A stretch of DNA of 64,000 nucleotides. Origin: Candidatus Omnitrophota bacterium (lineage in GTDB: Bacteria; Omnitrophota; Gorgyraeia; Tantalellales; Tantalellaceae). Location: the NCBI GenBank assembly GCA_014728075.1, contig WJMG01000075.1:4262-68261 (forward strand), read 5' to 3'. Below, one piece after another: positions 45,806-55,340 of this stretch; the first letter of the stretch is position 1, and each line of letters opens with the position of its first letter. A program made the position numbers and the translations under genes. The notes beneath the pieces are model-generated. The model worked only from the letters and a program-made list of their open reading frames with translations, was not told the DNA's origin and ran no database searches.

Positions 45806-46660
45806 TTAGATCCATTTCTCCTCTTTTACATCACCGTTTATGCCAACCACTATCTTCTTTACGGGAACTTTCCGCTGCGCTCTCCCAACAGCTTCCTCAG
45901 CTAATGCTAAAAGGCCTCCACAGCAGGGAACTTCCATTATCATAACCGTAAGCGTATTTATAAGCGCCCCATCTATCATTGAAACGAGCTTCTCGAGATA
46001 CACCTCCCGGCCCGTATCGAGCTTGGGACAAGCTATTGCAAGGGCTTTCCCCTTCAGGTAGTTTCCGTGAAAATCACCCAGGGAATAAGCGACACAGTCG
46101 GCCGACAGCACAAGGTCTTTTTTCTTAAGAAAAGGCGCGGCCGCGGGGATAAGGTGCAGCTGGACCGGCCACTGGCCCAGTTCTGAACTTCCGTCCCCTC
46201 TTTTTCCGGATATCGCCGGGGATTTTTTTGAAAGCCGCATTGTCCGGGATCCGGGACACCCCGAAAACTTCTCTTCCGGCCTCTCATTTTTCTGTTCACC
46301 CGTTCCGTCCTCCGGGATCCCGATGCCCTCGCGCCTCAAAAACTCAACAGCCGTCTTCAGGTATCCTTCTTCCCCGTGGGCTCTCAGATGGTCAAGATGC
46401 GCTTTTATGACATTGGCCCCCTGCTTTACGATATTCCGCATCACCTTTTCCTCGTCGTAGGCTTCGGCTTCCCTTTCCTCTACGGTTATAGCGCCCACCG
46501 GACATTTCCCGATACAGGCACCCAGCCCGTCGCAGAAAAGATCGCTTATCAGCCTGGCCTTGCCGTCGATCATCTGTATAGCGCCTTCCGGGCAGTTCGG
46601 TATACATTCGCCGCAGCCGTTACACTTTTTCTCGTTTATTTGTATTATCTTTCTTTTCAT
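45806..46660 (-). CDS. 4Fe-4S dicluster domain iron-sulfur protein with uncharacterised C-terminal domain
   Basis: Two CxxCxxC...CP ferredoxin motifs at the N-terminus (CNGCGECIPNCP, CDGLGACIGKCP) and a Cys-containing C-terminal domain (PCCGG). Confidence 0.55.
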   Translation of the reverse strand: MKRKIIQINEKKCNGCGECIPNCPEGAIQMIDGKARLISDLFCDGLGACIGKCPVGAITVEEREAEAYDEEKVMRNIVKQGANVIKAHLDHLRAHGEEGYLKTAVEFLRREGIGIPEDGTGEQKNERPEEKFSGCPGSRTMRLSKKSPAISGKRGDGSSELGQWPVQLHLIPAAAPFLKKKDLVLSADCVAYSLGDFHGNYLKGKALAIACPKLDTGREVYLEKLVSMIDGALINTLTVMIMEVPCCGGLLALAEEAVGRAQRKVPVKKIVVGINGDVKEEKWI

Positions 46661-47072
46661 GGGTATTCTCCGTGTCTTCCAGAAGATCTCTGACCGTTAT
46701 ATTCCTGAATTCATCTGCCAGTTTCTTTTCTATCTTCTTCAACCTTTTTCTCAGAGGGCAGGTCGAGCGATTCGGACATACTCTCTTCCGGAACATGCAC
46801 TCTGATATCTGTATGTCGCCCTGGTAAAGTTCGATCAGTTCGCTTACTGAAATATCACCGGGCTTCTTTACCAGCCTGACCCCTCCTCCGGCGCCCTCCC
46901 TGGAAACCAGATATCCCTCCCGCACCAGGTCCTGGAGTATCCGCCTGACAAAATGCAAAGGGATATCCTGTCTTTCGGATATTTCTCTTGATGAGACCAC
47001 CGATTCTTTCCGGCCCGCGAGGTATACGATCGCCCTGACGGCGTAATCTGTATTTTTATTCAACAGGTTCAT
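46620..47072 (-). CDS. Rrf2 family transcriptional regulator (three-Cys, likely Fe-S binding)
   Basis: 150 aa; wHTH N-terminus (TDYAVRAIVYLA) and C-x5-C-x5-C cluster (ECMFRKRVCPNRSTCP) like IscR/NsrR. Confidence 0.85.
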   Translation of the reverse strand: MNLLNKNTDYAVRAIVYLAGRKESVVSSREISERQDIPLHFVRRILQDLVREGYLVSREGAGGGVRLVKKPGDISVSELIELYQGDIQISECMFRKRVCPNRSTCPLRKRLKKIEKKLADEFRNITVRDLLEDTENTHEKKDNTNKREKV

Positions 47073-47086
47073 GCGTCCTCCGACGC

Positions 47087-47115
47087 TTAACTAACACTAG
47101 TTTACTCCTAGTTAA
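47087..47115. promoter_or_regulatory. candidate Rrf2 operator (TTAACTAACACTAGTTTACTCCTAGTTAA)
   Basis: Inverted repeat AACTA-N4-TAGTT and outer TTAACTA...TAGTTAA, 15-45 nt upstream of the Rrf2 start. Confidence 0.35.
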
Positions 47116-47177
47116 AGGCAAAGTCAAGTCTTTTTTTGATGATTATCCGGTCAAAAAACAGGTATCAGCAGGAAGGC

Positions 47178-47636
47178 CTAAAAGGCGGAGAATAATTGTT
47201 CTTTAACGATGTCCAGAATATCTGATATTCTGGATTTTACTGTTTCGGAGAGATCAAGGTCATATCCCGTGTTCTCGGGCTGTACACCGATCACGGTTAT
47301 CCCGCAGTCGATCCCGAGCTTTTCGGCCAGCGTGAGGGTCTCGAGAAGCGCCATGCCGTGGGTCGAAACACTGTCGGAAAGATCGGCCTTTTTGATATCG
47401 CCCGGGCCGAACACCCGGATATCGCCCGGTTCAAGGTTCATGTCCGCGGCATCGATTATAATGGCCCGGCCTCCCTCGGGAAGGTATTTCAAAAGGTCCA
47501 TACCCGATATATCGGCTCCGTGCAGCTCGACATCGGGAGGGAATTTTTCCTTCTTGAGCTCGTCTATGACGCGCATTCCTATTCCGTCATCGCCCCGCAA
47601 TATGGAACCGACACCGATTATGAGGGTTTTTTTCAT
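47178..47636 (-). CDS. hydrogenase maturation protease
   Basis: 152 aa HyaD/HybD/FrhD family (IIGVGSILRGDDGIG...). Confidence 0.85.
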   Translation of the reverse strand: MKKTLIIGVGSILRGDDGIGMRVIDELKKEKFPPDVELHGADISGMDLLKYLPEGGRAIIIDAADMNLEPGDIRVFGPGDIKKADLSDSVSTHGMALLETLTLAEKLGIDCGITVIGVQPENTGYDLDLSETVKSRISDILDIVKEQLFSAF

Positions 47637-47721
47637 AACAACTAAAAGGCACAGGTAAAGGCAGAGGCATAGAAAAAGGTATTATTTCTTTACCTTTACC
47701 TATGCCTCTATCCGAGCTCTC

Positions 47722-49062
47722 TTATACGAACTTTACATCCAGAAGATGGCAGGAGCAGGAAATGCAGGGATCGTAAGCCCTTACCAGCATTTCCGAGAGA
47801 AGCGTTATCTCCTCTTCCGACTTGCCGATGATCTCCGGTATCAGCTTCTTCATATCAAGGTCCACATTGGCAAGGTTCTGGTTCGTTGGTATACAGCAGT
47901 TCGCTTCGGTAACCACGGCTTTTTCGTCGGCCGTGTAGTCGTGGATAAGAAGGCCCCTCGGCACTTCCACGGCGCCTACTCCCCTTCCCTTCTTCACTTT
48001 GAAAGAAGGCCATTCGTCCCTGGTGGGCCAGGATGTCACAACATCATCGTAATCCACCCCGTTCTCCAGGAAATGGTCTATTATCCTTATCGCGTCGTAA
48101 GTACAATGCGCTATCTCGACCACCTGGGCTACGGTGTTCATGAACGGGTTGTAACAGGGAGCCTTCAAGCCCAGCTCTTCCGCGACGGCCTTGGCCTCGT
48201 CGTTAAGCTGTCCGCTGTTTATATTGAACCTCGCGAGGGCACCCACCATGTAGGAGTCCCGCTTGTTACGCGAATGCTTGGCCGTTGAATGGGCGGCATG
48301 GTACTCGTGGACTATTTCCATATAGTCCCCGGGCTTTACCGTGCCCGAAATATCGCTCGTCGTAAGTTCCCCTTCGTAGAACGCGTATTCGTCGGGATGC
48401 GTTAACGCCACATATTCCGTCTCCCTTTCGAAGTCGGGAAGCTTCACGGATTTGAATATCTCGACTGTCTCTTTCAGGTCGTCAAGCTGCCCGGTGAAGA
48501 TCTCCTTCATCTTTTCCAGTTCTTTTTTCGAAGGCAGCTTGGTCCACCCCCTCGGGCATACGCTGATAGGATGGGTATGCCTTCCGGCCATTATATCGCA
48601 CATGTCACTGTACTGGCGTTTCATACGAAGAGCCCTAAGCACCACATCTTTATGGGTCTTTATGAGAGGGACCACGCTCGGAGCCCCGAGCGCGTCCGGA
48701 GCCACCAGAAAATACGCGTGAAGAAGATGGCTGTCAAGGGTCTCGAGGTGAAGTATCAGCTTCCTGAAAAGTTTGGTCTGCTCGCTCACCTCGTAGCCCA
48801 TGGCCCCTTCCGCGGCCTGCACCGAGGCCATGCAATGGCCCGTCGAACAGATACCGCATATCCTGGAAGTTATATGCTGGACCTCAAAAAGGGACCTTCC
48901 TCTTACCATGGCCTCGAAAAAGCGGGGCGCCTCGACTATTTCCAACTGGCACTTTTCCAGCTTCCCCTCTTTCACATTGACCACGATGTTCCCGTGGCCC
49001 TCCACCCTGGTTATATACTCGACATTTATGTTCAGGTCTTTTTTGGCAAGTTCTCCGCTCAT
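47722..49062 (-). CDS. hydA: [NiFe]-hydrogenase large subunit, group 3 (sulfhydrogenase alpha-like)
   Basis: N-terminal RICGICSTGH and C-terminal DPCISCSCH Ni-binding motifs (Cys, not Sec) followed by a short cleavable extension. Confidence 0.9.
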   Translation of the reverse strand: MSGELAKKDLNINVEYITRVEGHGNIVVNVKEGKLEKCQLEIVEAPRFFEAMVRGRSLFEVQHITSRICGICSTGHCMASVQAAEGAMGYEVSEQTKLFRKLILHLETLDSHLLHAYFLVAPDALGAPSVVPLIKTHKDVVLRALRMKRQYSDMCDIMAGRHTHPISVCPRGWTKLPSKKELEKMKEIFTGQLDDLKETVEIFKSVKLPDFERETEYVALTHPDEYAFYEGELTTSDISGTVKPGDYMEIVHEYHAAHSTAKHSRNKRDSYMVGALARFNINSGQLNDEAKAVAEELGLKAPCYNPFMNTVAQVVEIAHCTYDAIRIIDHFLENGVDYDDVVTSWPTRDEWPSFKVKKGRGVGAVEVPRGLLIHDYTADEKAVVTEANCCIPTNQNLANVDLDMKKLIPEIIGKSEEEITLLSEMLVRAYDPCISCSCHLLDVKFV

Positions 49063-49829
49063 TTCTTCTCAGCCTCCTTTTCGGCGTCCATCCTGCACCT
49101 GTTGTAGAGATCGAACTTTTCGGTGATATCGTCTATAGTGTACCCGTACTTCTCGAGAAGCTCGGTCTGTCCCTGCTCGGCGGGATCATCGAGCAATCCC
49201 CGGCAGGAATAACAGGTATTCCCCCAGCTCGGGCACCAAGCGCCGCATCCGGCCCGGGTCACCGGCCCCATGCATACCTGCCCTTTCTCGAAAAGACAGA
49301 CATTCTCCTTGAGCTTACACTCGACGCATACCGGATAATCCGGCGGGGTATATCCCTTGCCGAGAAGGATGCTCTTGACGGCCTTAATGGTCTCGTCGTT
49401 ATTGCTGGGGCAACCGTGTATGAAATGATCCACCTTCACCACTTCGTGGACAGGCCTCGGCCAGCCCGCCTCCAGATGGGAATCTCTTCCCTTGTAAACG
49501 ATCTCTTTAGCTTCTTCGTCGGAAAAACGCCTCCTCAGGCCGTTAACTCCCCCGAGCGAGGCGCACGATCCGTAGGCAATTACTATCTTGGCGTTCTCCC
49601 GTATCTTCCTGACCCTTTCCTCGTCGTGTTTCCGCGTGATCGAGCCTTCCACAAAAGCTATATCGTATTCGTCGCTGCGCTCTGACATCGCTTCCCGGAA
49701 ACTCACTATTTCGCAGTGCTCGAGGAGGCCCAGAAAATTCTCGTTAAGATATGTCAGCTGCAGCTGACATCCTTCGCAGTCCGCGAAATCAAAAAACGCT
49801 ATGCGCACTTTCTTTTTATCTTCGCTCAT
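49059..49829 (-). CDS. hydD: [NiFe]-hydrogenase small subunit, group 3 (delta)
   Basis: 256 aa; N-terminal proximal-cluster motif (FADCEGCQ), no Tat signal, so a cytoplasmic enzyme. Confidence 0.85.
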   Translation of the reverse strand: MSEDKKKVRIAFFDFADCEGCQLQLTYLNENFLGLLEHCEIVSFREAMSERSDEYDIAFVEGSITRKHDEERVRKIRENAKIVIAYGSCASLGGVNGLRRRFSDEEAKEIVYKGRDSHLEAGWPRPVHEVVKVDHFIHGCPSNNDETIKAVKSILLGKGYTPPDYPVCVECKLKENVCLFEKGQVCMGPVTRAGCGAWCPSWGNTCYSCRGLLDDPAEQGQTELLEKYGYTIDDITEKFDLYNRCRMDAEKEAEKK

Positions 49830-50686
49830 AATGCCTCCTCCAATCCTTTTATCTCGTCATAAGTAAATGTAGGCCCGTCCTGGCAGACATAATTGTCGTT
49901 TATCTGGCAGTGCCCGCATTTCCCGAGTCCGCACTTCATCCTTCTCTCCAGCGAAAGTACTATGTGCTTCTCGGCGAGGTCCTTTTTAAGAAGCTCCGCC
50001 ACGACGAATTTGTACATGATCGGAGGCCCTACCACTACCGCGTAGGTCCTGTTGACATCAAGGTCCACGCCCGGTATGAGGGTGGTAATTACCCCTACAT
50101 TGCCCTTCCAGTCGGGAGCGGCCTTGTCCACCGTACACGCGTAATTTATATCGGCCATCTTCTCCCATTCGGCTATCTCGTCCGTAAAAAGCCGGTCTTT
50201 GGGCTCTTTACAGCCCAGGAGTATATTGACATCTCCGAAATCCCTTCTGCGGTCTATGACGAAGTTTATCAAACTCCTCAAAGGTACCAGGCCTATGCCC
50301 CCGGCCACGAAAAGAAGGTCGTTACCTTTAAGGTCATCCACCGGAAAAGGCCTTCCGAAGGGACCTCTTACTCCTATCTTGTCGCCTTCCCCTAGTTTAT
50401 GCATCTGCTCGGTAAAAGTGCCTACCTTTCTCACCACCACCTCGAAAGTGCTTTTGTCCTCTTTCGTGGGAGAGGAGGACACCGATATGGGCGCCTCTCC
50501 GATACCGAACAGGGAGAACTGCACGAACTGGCCCGGCATGTGGCCCAGCTCCTTCCCGCCTTCCAGCCTGATCTCGAAGAACTTCTCGTTCTCGGTCATC
50601 TGACACGCCTTCACTATAGTCCCCTCAACGGGAGAATACAGCGGGTCTATTGTAATGACTTTTTTATTTTCGCTGCAATTACACAT
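49826..50686 (-). CDS. hydG: sulfhydrogenase gamma-like subunit (FAD/NAD(P)-binding, 2Fe-2S)
   Basis: 286 aa PyrK/SudB-like with C-terminal CGLGKCGHC cluster. Confidence 0.8.
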   Translation of the reverse strand: MCNCSENKKVITIDPLYSPVEGTIVKACQMTENEKFFEIRLEGGKELGHMPGQFVQFSLFGIGEAPISVSSSPTKEDKSTFEVVVRKVGTFTEQMHKLGEGDKIGVRGPFGRPFPVDDLKGNDLLFVAGGIGLVPLRSLINFVIDRRRDFGDVNILLGCKEPKDRLFTDEIAEWEKMADINYACTVDKAAPDWKGNVGVITTLIPGVDLDVNRTYAVVVGPPIMYKFVVAELLKKDLAEKHIVLSLERRMKCGLGKCGHCQINDNYVCQDGPTFTYDEIKGLEEAL

Positions 50687-51722
50687 CCTGTTCTCCTTTT
50701 GCTAGGTCGTTAACGGTTTCTATCAGACTTATTTTGGCCATACAGGTCCTGGTGCACCGGCCGCATCCCGTGCAGAAGAACTTATCGTGTTTTCTTACGG
50801 GGTAATCGAATTTCCTGTAGTAACGATGTCTCTGACGGGAGGATCTTTCTTCGCGGAAGTTCTCGCCGCCGGCGACCTCCGCGAACTCGTTAAGCTGACA
50901 GGAATCCCATACACGGCCCCTCTCTCCGCCGGACATGTCGAGTTTGACATCGTCGTAGACATCGAAACAGTAACAGGTAGGGCAAACGGCCGTACAGTTG
51001 CCGCAGGACACGCAGCGCCTGCCCACATCGTCCCATACACCGGTATTGTTGTAGGACTTCTCGAAAAGCGGCTGAAGCTCCTTATACCCGGGATTGAGGG
51101 CCCTTTTGAACTTAGGCAGTTTCTTCTCCCGAAGGTCTTTGAGCTCTTTTTTTATCGCGTCCTGGTCAGCTTCTTTAAATATATTCCCGGAACCGATTAT
51201 CGCGTCGCCTTGTTTTGAATTTACATGAAGTATGTATTTATCCCCGGCATCCGTCATCATTATATCGTAGCCCGCCTTAGGAACATGGGTGTCCATGGTC
51301 ACGCAGGTGGCGTACTCGTCGCACGGGAACATGCATTCGTAGCCTATTATCGTTACATTCTTTCTTCTCTTCTTGTAATAGGGGTCGGCCGGATCTTTAT
51401 GGAAGACCACATCCAGGCACTCCAGTCCGTCTATGTCGCAGGTATGCATACCGAAGATCACCGTGGGTTCCATCTCTATGGAAGTGTCCTTCATCGATAC
51501 TTCTCCCATGTCGAATTTTCCCAGGGACTCTTTTTGAGGCATGATATATTTTTTCGGGGGAATGATCGTGGGTATGTACTCAAGGGACATATCTTCGCCC
51601 CCGGAAATATCGGCGAAAACAAAAAGGTTCTCTTTTTTCACCGGGGCGACGACCCTGTGCTTCTCCTTGAGGAGGTCTATGAATTTGCCCAGGTCGTCCT
51701 TTGCCAGGTAAACATATCTCAT
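50679..51722 (-). CDS. hydB: sulfhydrogenase beta-like subunit (4Fe-4S)
   Basis: 347 aa with C-terminal CxxCxxC..CP ferredoxin motifs. Confidence 0.8.
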   Translation of the reverse strand: MRYVYLAKDDLGKFIDLLKEKHRVVAPVKKENLFVFADISGGEDMSLEYIPTIIPPKKYIMPQKESLGKFDMGEVSMKDTSIEMEPTVIFGMHTCDIDGLECLDVVFHKDPADPYYKKRRKNVTIIGYECMFPCDEYATCVTMDTHVPKAGYDIMMTDAGDKYILHVNSKQGDAIIGSGNIFKEADQDAIKKELKDLREKKLPKFKRALNPGYKELQPLFEKSYNNTGVWDDVGRRCVSCGNCTAVCPTCYCFDVYDDVKLDMSGGERGRVWDSCQLNEFAEVAGGENFREERSSRQRHRYYRKFDYPVRKHDKFFCTGCGRCTRTCMAKISLIETVNDLAKGEQDV

Positions 51723-52390
51723 GCGTTTTTCTCCTTTTTGATTTTTATCTCATCCTTGATCCAGTCAATAAAACCGTCTATGCCATCTCCTGTCCTGCAG
51801 GATATCTCGAGTATTTTTATCCCGGGATTGACCTTTTTTATACTTTCCCTGCAGTATTGCGCGTCAAAATCCAGATAAGGCAGCAGGTCCGTCTTGTTTA
51901 TTATGGCCAACTTTCCCTCTTCTATGAGAAGAGGATATTTGGAAGGCTTGTCGTGACCTTCCGCGGTACTTAGAAACGCTATCTTCATATCCTCCCCGAG
52001 ATCGAACTCGGCCGGACATACGAGGTTACCGACATTCTCCACTACGATAAGGTCGGTGCCTGCAAGGTCGATCCCCTTCATCGCGCTGTCTATGAGCTGG
52101 GCATCGATGTGGCACGCGTTACCGGTGTTTATCTGAACTACCGGAAGCCCCAGGGCATCCATTCTTTCGGCGTCCCTGGAAGTAAAACAATCCCCTGTAA
52201 GAACGACGAAGGCTATCCCCTCTTCCCGAAGAAGAGGCCCTGTTCTCTCCAGAAACGCGGTCTTACCCGCGCCGGGGGAAGATATTATATTTATCATAAG
52301 GGTGCCTTGCGCGTCAAGGCGTTTCCTTATGCTTTGCGCTACATCGTCGTTCGCTCTCAGGATATTCTCTTTTATCACCTTAAACGCCAT
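51719..52390 (-). CDS. hypB: hydrogenase nickel incorporation GTPase HypB
   Basis: P-loop SPGAGKT and G-domain motifs. Confidence 0.9.
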   Translation of the reverse strand: MAFKVIKENILRANDDVAQSIRKRLDAQGTLMINIISSPGAGKTAFLERTGPLLREEGIAFVVLTGDCFTSRDAERMDALGLPVVQINTGNACHIDAQLIDSAMKGIDLAGTDLIVVENVGNLVCPAEFDLGEDMKIAFLSTAEGHDKPSKYPLLIEEGKLAIINKTDLLPYLDFDAQYCRESIKKVNPGIKILEISCRTGDGIDGFIDWIKDEIKIKKEKNA

Positions 52391-52411
52391 CTTTTTCCCT
52401 CTCCCGACCGT

Positions 52412-52759
52412 TCACCGATCACTGTACTCTATTTTCGATATCGTGAACTCCTTGCCGGATGTTATTTCTGTATCACTTTTCCCGCAACTCCCGCAGGTGA
52501 AGTCCATCTCTTCAACTTCCCTCTCGGTCGAACAGTTGCGGCATCTGACCTTTAGCGGAAGGACCTTTATCTCAAGTTCGGCCCTTCGGAGCTTCCGGCT
52601 TCTGGGAGTCCCTTTAAAGCCCGTTTCAAGTATCTCCGGCACTATATAATGCATTTTGCCGACCTCGAGGCATATCTTTTTCACATTTCCTATCCCGGGG
52701 TCCTTTACGACCGGCTCCAGCGTTTTCACTATATTTTCTGCAAATTTGATCTCATGCAT
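52412..52759 (-). CDS. hypA: hydrogenase nickel insertion protein HypA
   Basis: MHEIKF N-terminus and C-terminal CxxC...CxxC zinc site. Confidence 0.85.
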   Translation of the reverse strand: MHEIKFAENIVKTLEPVVKDPGIGNVKKICLEVGKMHYIVPEILETGFKGTPRSRKLRRAELEIKVLPLKVRCRNCSTEREVEEMDFTCGSCGKSDTEITSGKEFTISKIEYSDR

Positions 52760-52840
52760 TATCCTGCTTCCCCCGGCCGAAGAATAGTACAAAGCGTAAA
52801 ATCCTCAGCTCTTTACACTACGCGCCATTTTCTTGCTTTA

Positions 52841-53845
52841 CTAACAGATCCTCGGCAGCTGTTCGCCCGTTAACATATCGATTATCCTGGCGACCCCGTA
52901 TTTTGTCCTGACACAGACCTTTCCCGGGTTTTCGCCGGTAACTTCGCCGATCACGGCCGCCTCGCGCCCGTATTCGCAGGATCTAAGGGCCGCCAGGACT
53001 TCCTTCCCGGCCGCCGGGTCTACCATCATCACCGCTTTTCCTTCGTTGGCCATATAAAGCGGATCAAGCCCCAGAAGTTCGCACCCCCCTCTTACCGCGT
53101 CCGATACAGGTATACTCGCCTCTTCCAGCGTTATCCCCAGCGCGGTCCCCCGGACAGCTTCGTTAAGTGTCGTGGCCAGGCCGCCTCGCGTAGGATCACG
53201 CATAAAATCCACACCGGGAACATCACGAACAAGGGCTCCCAGCATTCCGTTAAGCGGAGCGCAATCGCTCTCGAGAGGGGTATCGAATTCCAGCCCTTTG
53301 CGTTTACTGAGAACGGCAAGCCCGTGATCCCCGAGAGTTCCCGTGACGATCACCTTATGGCCGGCCCTGATCTTCCCGGCCGAAGGCCTGGACTCCGAGG
53401 TAAAGACCCCTATACCCGAAGTATTTATGAACAAGCCGTCAGCTTCTCCCCTCCCCACGACTTTAGTATCCCCGGCTACTATTTTAACCCCGGCCTCGTT
53501 CGCGGCGGAGGCCATTGAAACAACTATTCTCTCAAGCTCTTCAAGTGAAAAACCTTCCTCAATTATGAACCCGCAGCTTATGTACCTGGCTTCCGCTCCC
53601 TGAACGGCGAGATCGTTCACCGTACCGCATATCGCGAGCTTGCCTATATCTCCTCCCGGAAAGAACACCGGCTTTATGACGAACGAATCTGTCGTAAAAG
53701 CTATTTCCCCGCTTTCGACAGCTACAACGGCCGAATCCTCCGTCCTCTCCAGGACCTCGTTGCCCAGTTCCCTGAAGAAAAGGCCCTTTATAAGCTCGTA
53801 TGTCTTTTTCCCGCCCGATCCGTGGGCAAGCGTTATTCGTTCCAT
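52841..53845 (-). CDS. hypE: hydrogenase maturation protein HypE
   Basis: 334 aa PurM-like; C-terminal ...PRIC. Confidence 0.9.
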   Translation of the reverse strand: MERITLAHGSGGKKTYELIKGLFFRELGNEVLERTEDSAVVAVESGEIAFTTDSFVIKPVFFPGGDIGKLAICGTVNDLAVQGAEARYISCGFIIEEGFSLEELERIVVSMASAANEAGVKIVAGDTKVVGRGEADGLFINTSGIGVFTSESRPSAGKIRAGHKVIVTGTLGDHGLAVLSKRKGLEFDTPLESDCAPLNGMLGALVRDVPGVDFMRDPTRGGLATTLNEAVRGTALGITLEEASIPVSDAVRGGCELLGLDPLYMANEGKAVMMVDPAAGKEVLAALRSCEYGREAAVIGEVTGENPGKVCVRTKYGVARIIDMLTGEQLPRIC

Positions 53846-53974
53846 CGTATTCCTTCGGAATAAAGTTACAATTTACAGACTACAAGGAAAAAGCAGACCA
53901 TCAAATTAAAATAACTATCCCGAAAAAAGCATCTATTTCTTTTTCCTTTTTCCTTGTAACTTTTTCCTTTTAGT

Positions 53975-55060
53975 CTAATTTCCGTATTTATACCATGCGG
54001 CGCAGGCGCCTTCGCTTGAGACCATGCAGGCGCCTTTTGGACCTTCCGGAATACAGGCCTTCCCGAAAAGAGGACAATCCGACGGGTCCTTAGCTCCTCT
54101 TAATATGTCCCCGCAAATACATCCGGGGAATTCCGCCGACGGCGGAACATCCACCTTGAACCTTACCCCGGCGTCAAGACCGGAATATTCTTTTCTGAGC
54201 TTCAGCCCGCTGTCAGGGATCATTCCCAGCCCTCTCCACTCAGCGTCACAGGGCTCAAAAACCCGGTCTATTATCGCGCAGGCCTTTCTGTTCCCTTCTT
54301 CCCTGACGGCGCGCCGGTAAGCATTTACCAGGCGCGGCCGGCCTTCTTCATGGGACTCTACCAGAAAATATATCGCGGAAAGCACATCGGCCGGCTCGAA
54401 CCCGGACACACAGCAAGAAACGCCGAGATCGTTCACTATCGGCCTGTATATCCCGGTGCCCGTTATCGTACTTACATGCCCCGGACAGATAAGGGCGTCT
54501 ATCCTGGAATCCTCGCCGGAAAGAACGGCCTTAAGCGCGGCGGGCATTGTCTTGTTCAACGAAAGAACGAAAAAATTATCGATATTCTCCTTTTTCGCCT
54601 GCAATACCGCGGCGGCGGCGGTAGGAGCTGTCGTCTCGAACCCTATACTCAGGAAAATAAAATCCTTATCCTTCTCTTCGGCCGCAAAAGACAGGGCGTC
54701 GTGCACCGAGTAGACCGTTCTTACATCCGCTCCCCCGGCCCGCGCCTTTTCCAGGCTGCTCCGGGAACCGGGCACACTGAACATATCCCCGAAAGTGCAG
54801 AGAACGGTGTTCCCGCATTCTGAAAGAGCTATGGCTCTGTCCATGTCCGAAATGGAAGTAACGCAAACGGGGCATCCCGGCCCGGATATCAGATTGATAT
54901 TATCACCGACAAGTTCATGAATACCATGCTTCCTTATGGACATGGTATGCCCTCCGCAGACTTCCATTATGTTCAGCTGTTTCGAGGAGAGTCCCTTTAT
55001 CCTGGAGGAAATTTCCCCGACGAGCCCGGCGTCCCTGTACTCATCAAGATATTTAAGCAT
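53975..55060 (-). CDS. hypD: hydrogenase maturation protein HypD
   Basis: CGGHT, GPGCPVC and CPVC Fe-S motifs; start set at MLKYLDEY. Confidence 0.9.
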   Translation of the reverse strand: MLKYLDEYRDAGLVGEISSRIKGLSSKQLNIMEVCGGHTMSIRKHGIHELVGDNINLISGPGCPVCVTSISDMDRAIALSECGNTVLCTFGDMFSVPGSRSSLEKARAGGADVRTVYSVHDALSFAAEEKDKDFIFLSIGFETTAPTAAAAVLQAKKENIDNFFVLSLNKTMPAALKAVLSGEDSRIDALICPGHVSTITGTGIYRPIVNDLGVSCCVSGFEPADVLSAIYFLVESHEEGRPRLVNAYRRAVREEGNRKACAIIDRVFEPCDAEWRGLGMIPDSGLKLRKEYSGLDAGVRFKVDVPPSAEFPGCICGDILRGAKDPSDCPLFGKACIPEGPKGACMVSSEGACAAWYKYGN

Positions 55061-55274
55061 CCCGACCGCCCTTTTTGAAAAAATCCAGGGTGAACTTCGC
55101 TCTTTCCTCGTCGACTTTCTGTATGGCGTATCCGGCATGGACCAGAACATACTCTCCCGGGGCCGGGTCATCTATAAGGTCCGTTGAAACGGGCCTTTTT
55201 ATCCCCGACAGTTCAATAACCGCGGTATTATCGTTCCTGACCTCAAGAATTTTACCGGGGACGCTCCAACACAT
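55053..55274 (-). CDS. hypC: hydrogenase maturation protein HypC
   Basis: 73 aa starting MCWSVPGKI (the MC(L/W)(A/S)VP signature); overlaps hypD start by 8 nt. Confidence 0.85.
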   Translation of the reverse strand: MCWSVPGKILEVRNDNTAVIELSGIKRPVSTDLIDDPAPGEYVLVHAGYAIQKVDEERAKFTLDFFKKGGRDA

Positions 55275-55340
55275 ATATCGATCTCCTGTCACCTTATTTT
55301 ATTTCGCGTACCGCTGCACGAGGCTCCCGTCACGCATCAG

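Noticed and set aside
47722-49062. Possibility of a selenocysteine-containing [NiFeSe] large subunit
   Set aside because: The C-terminal motif reads DPCISCSCH with ordinary Cys codons and no in-frame TGA; no SECIS-like hairpin is needed.
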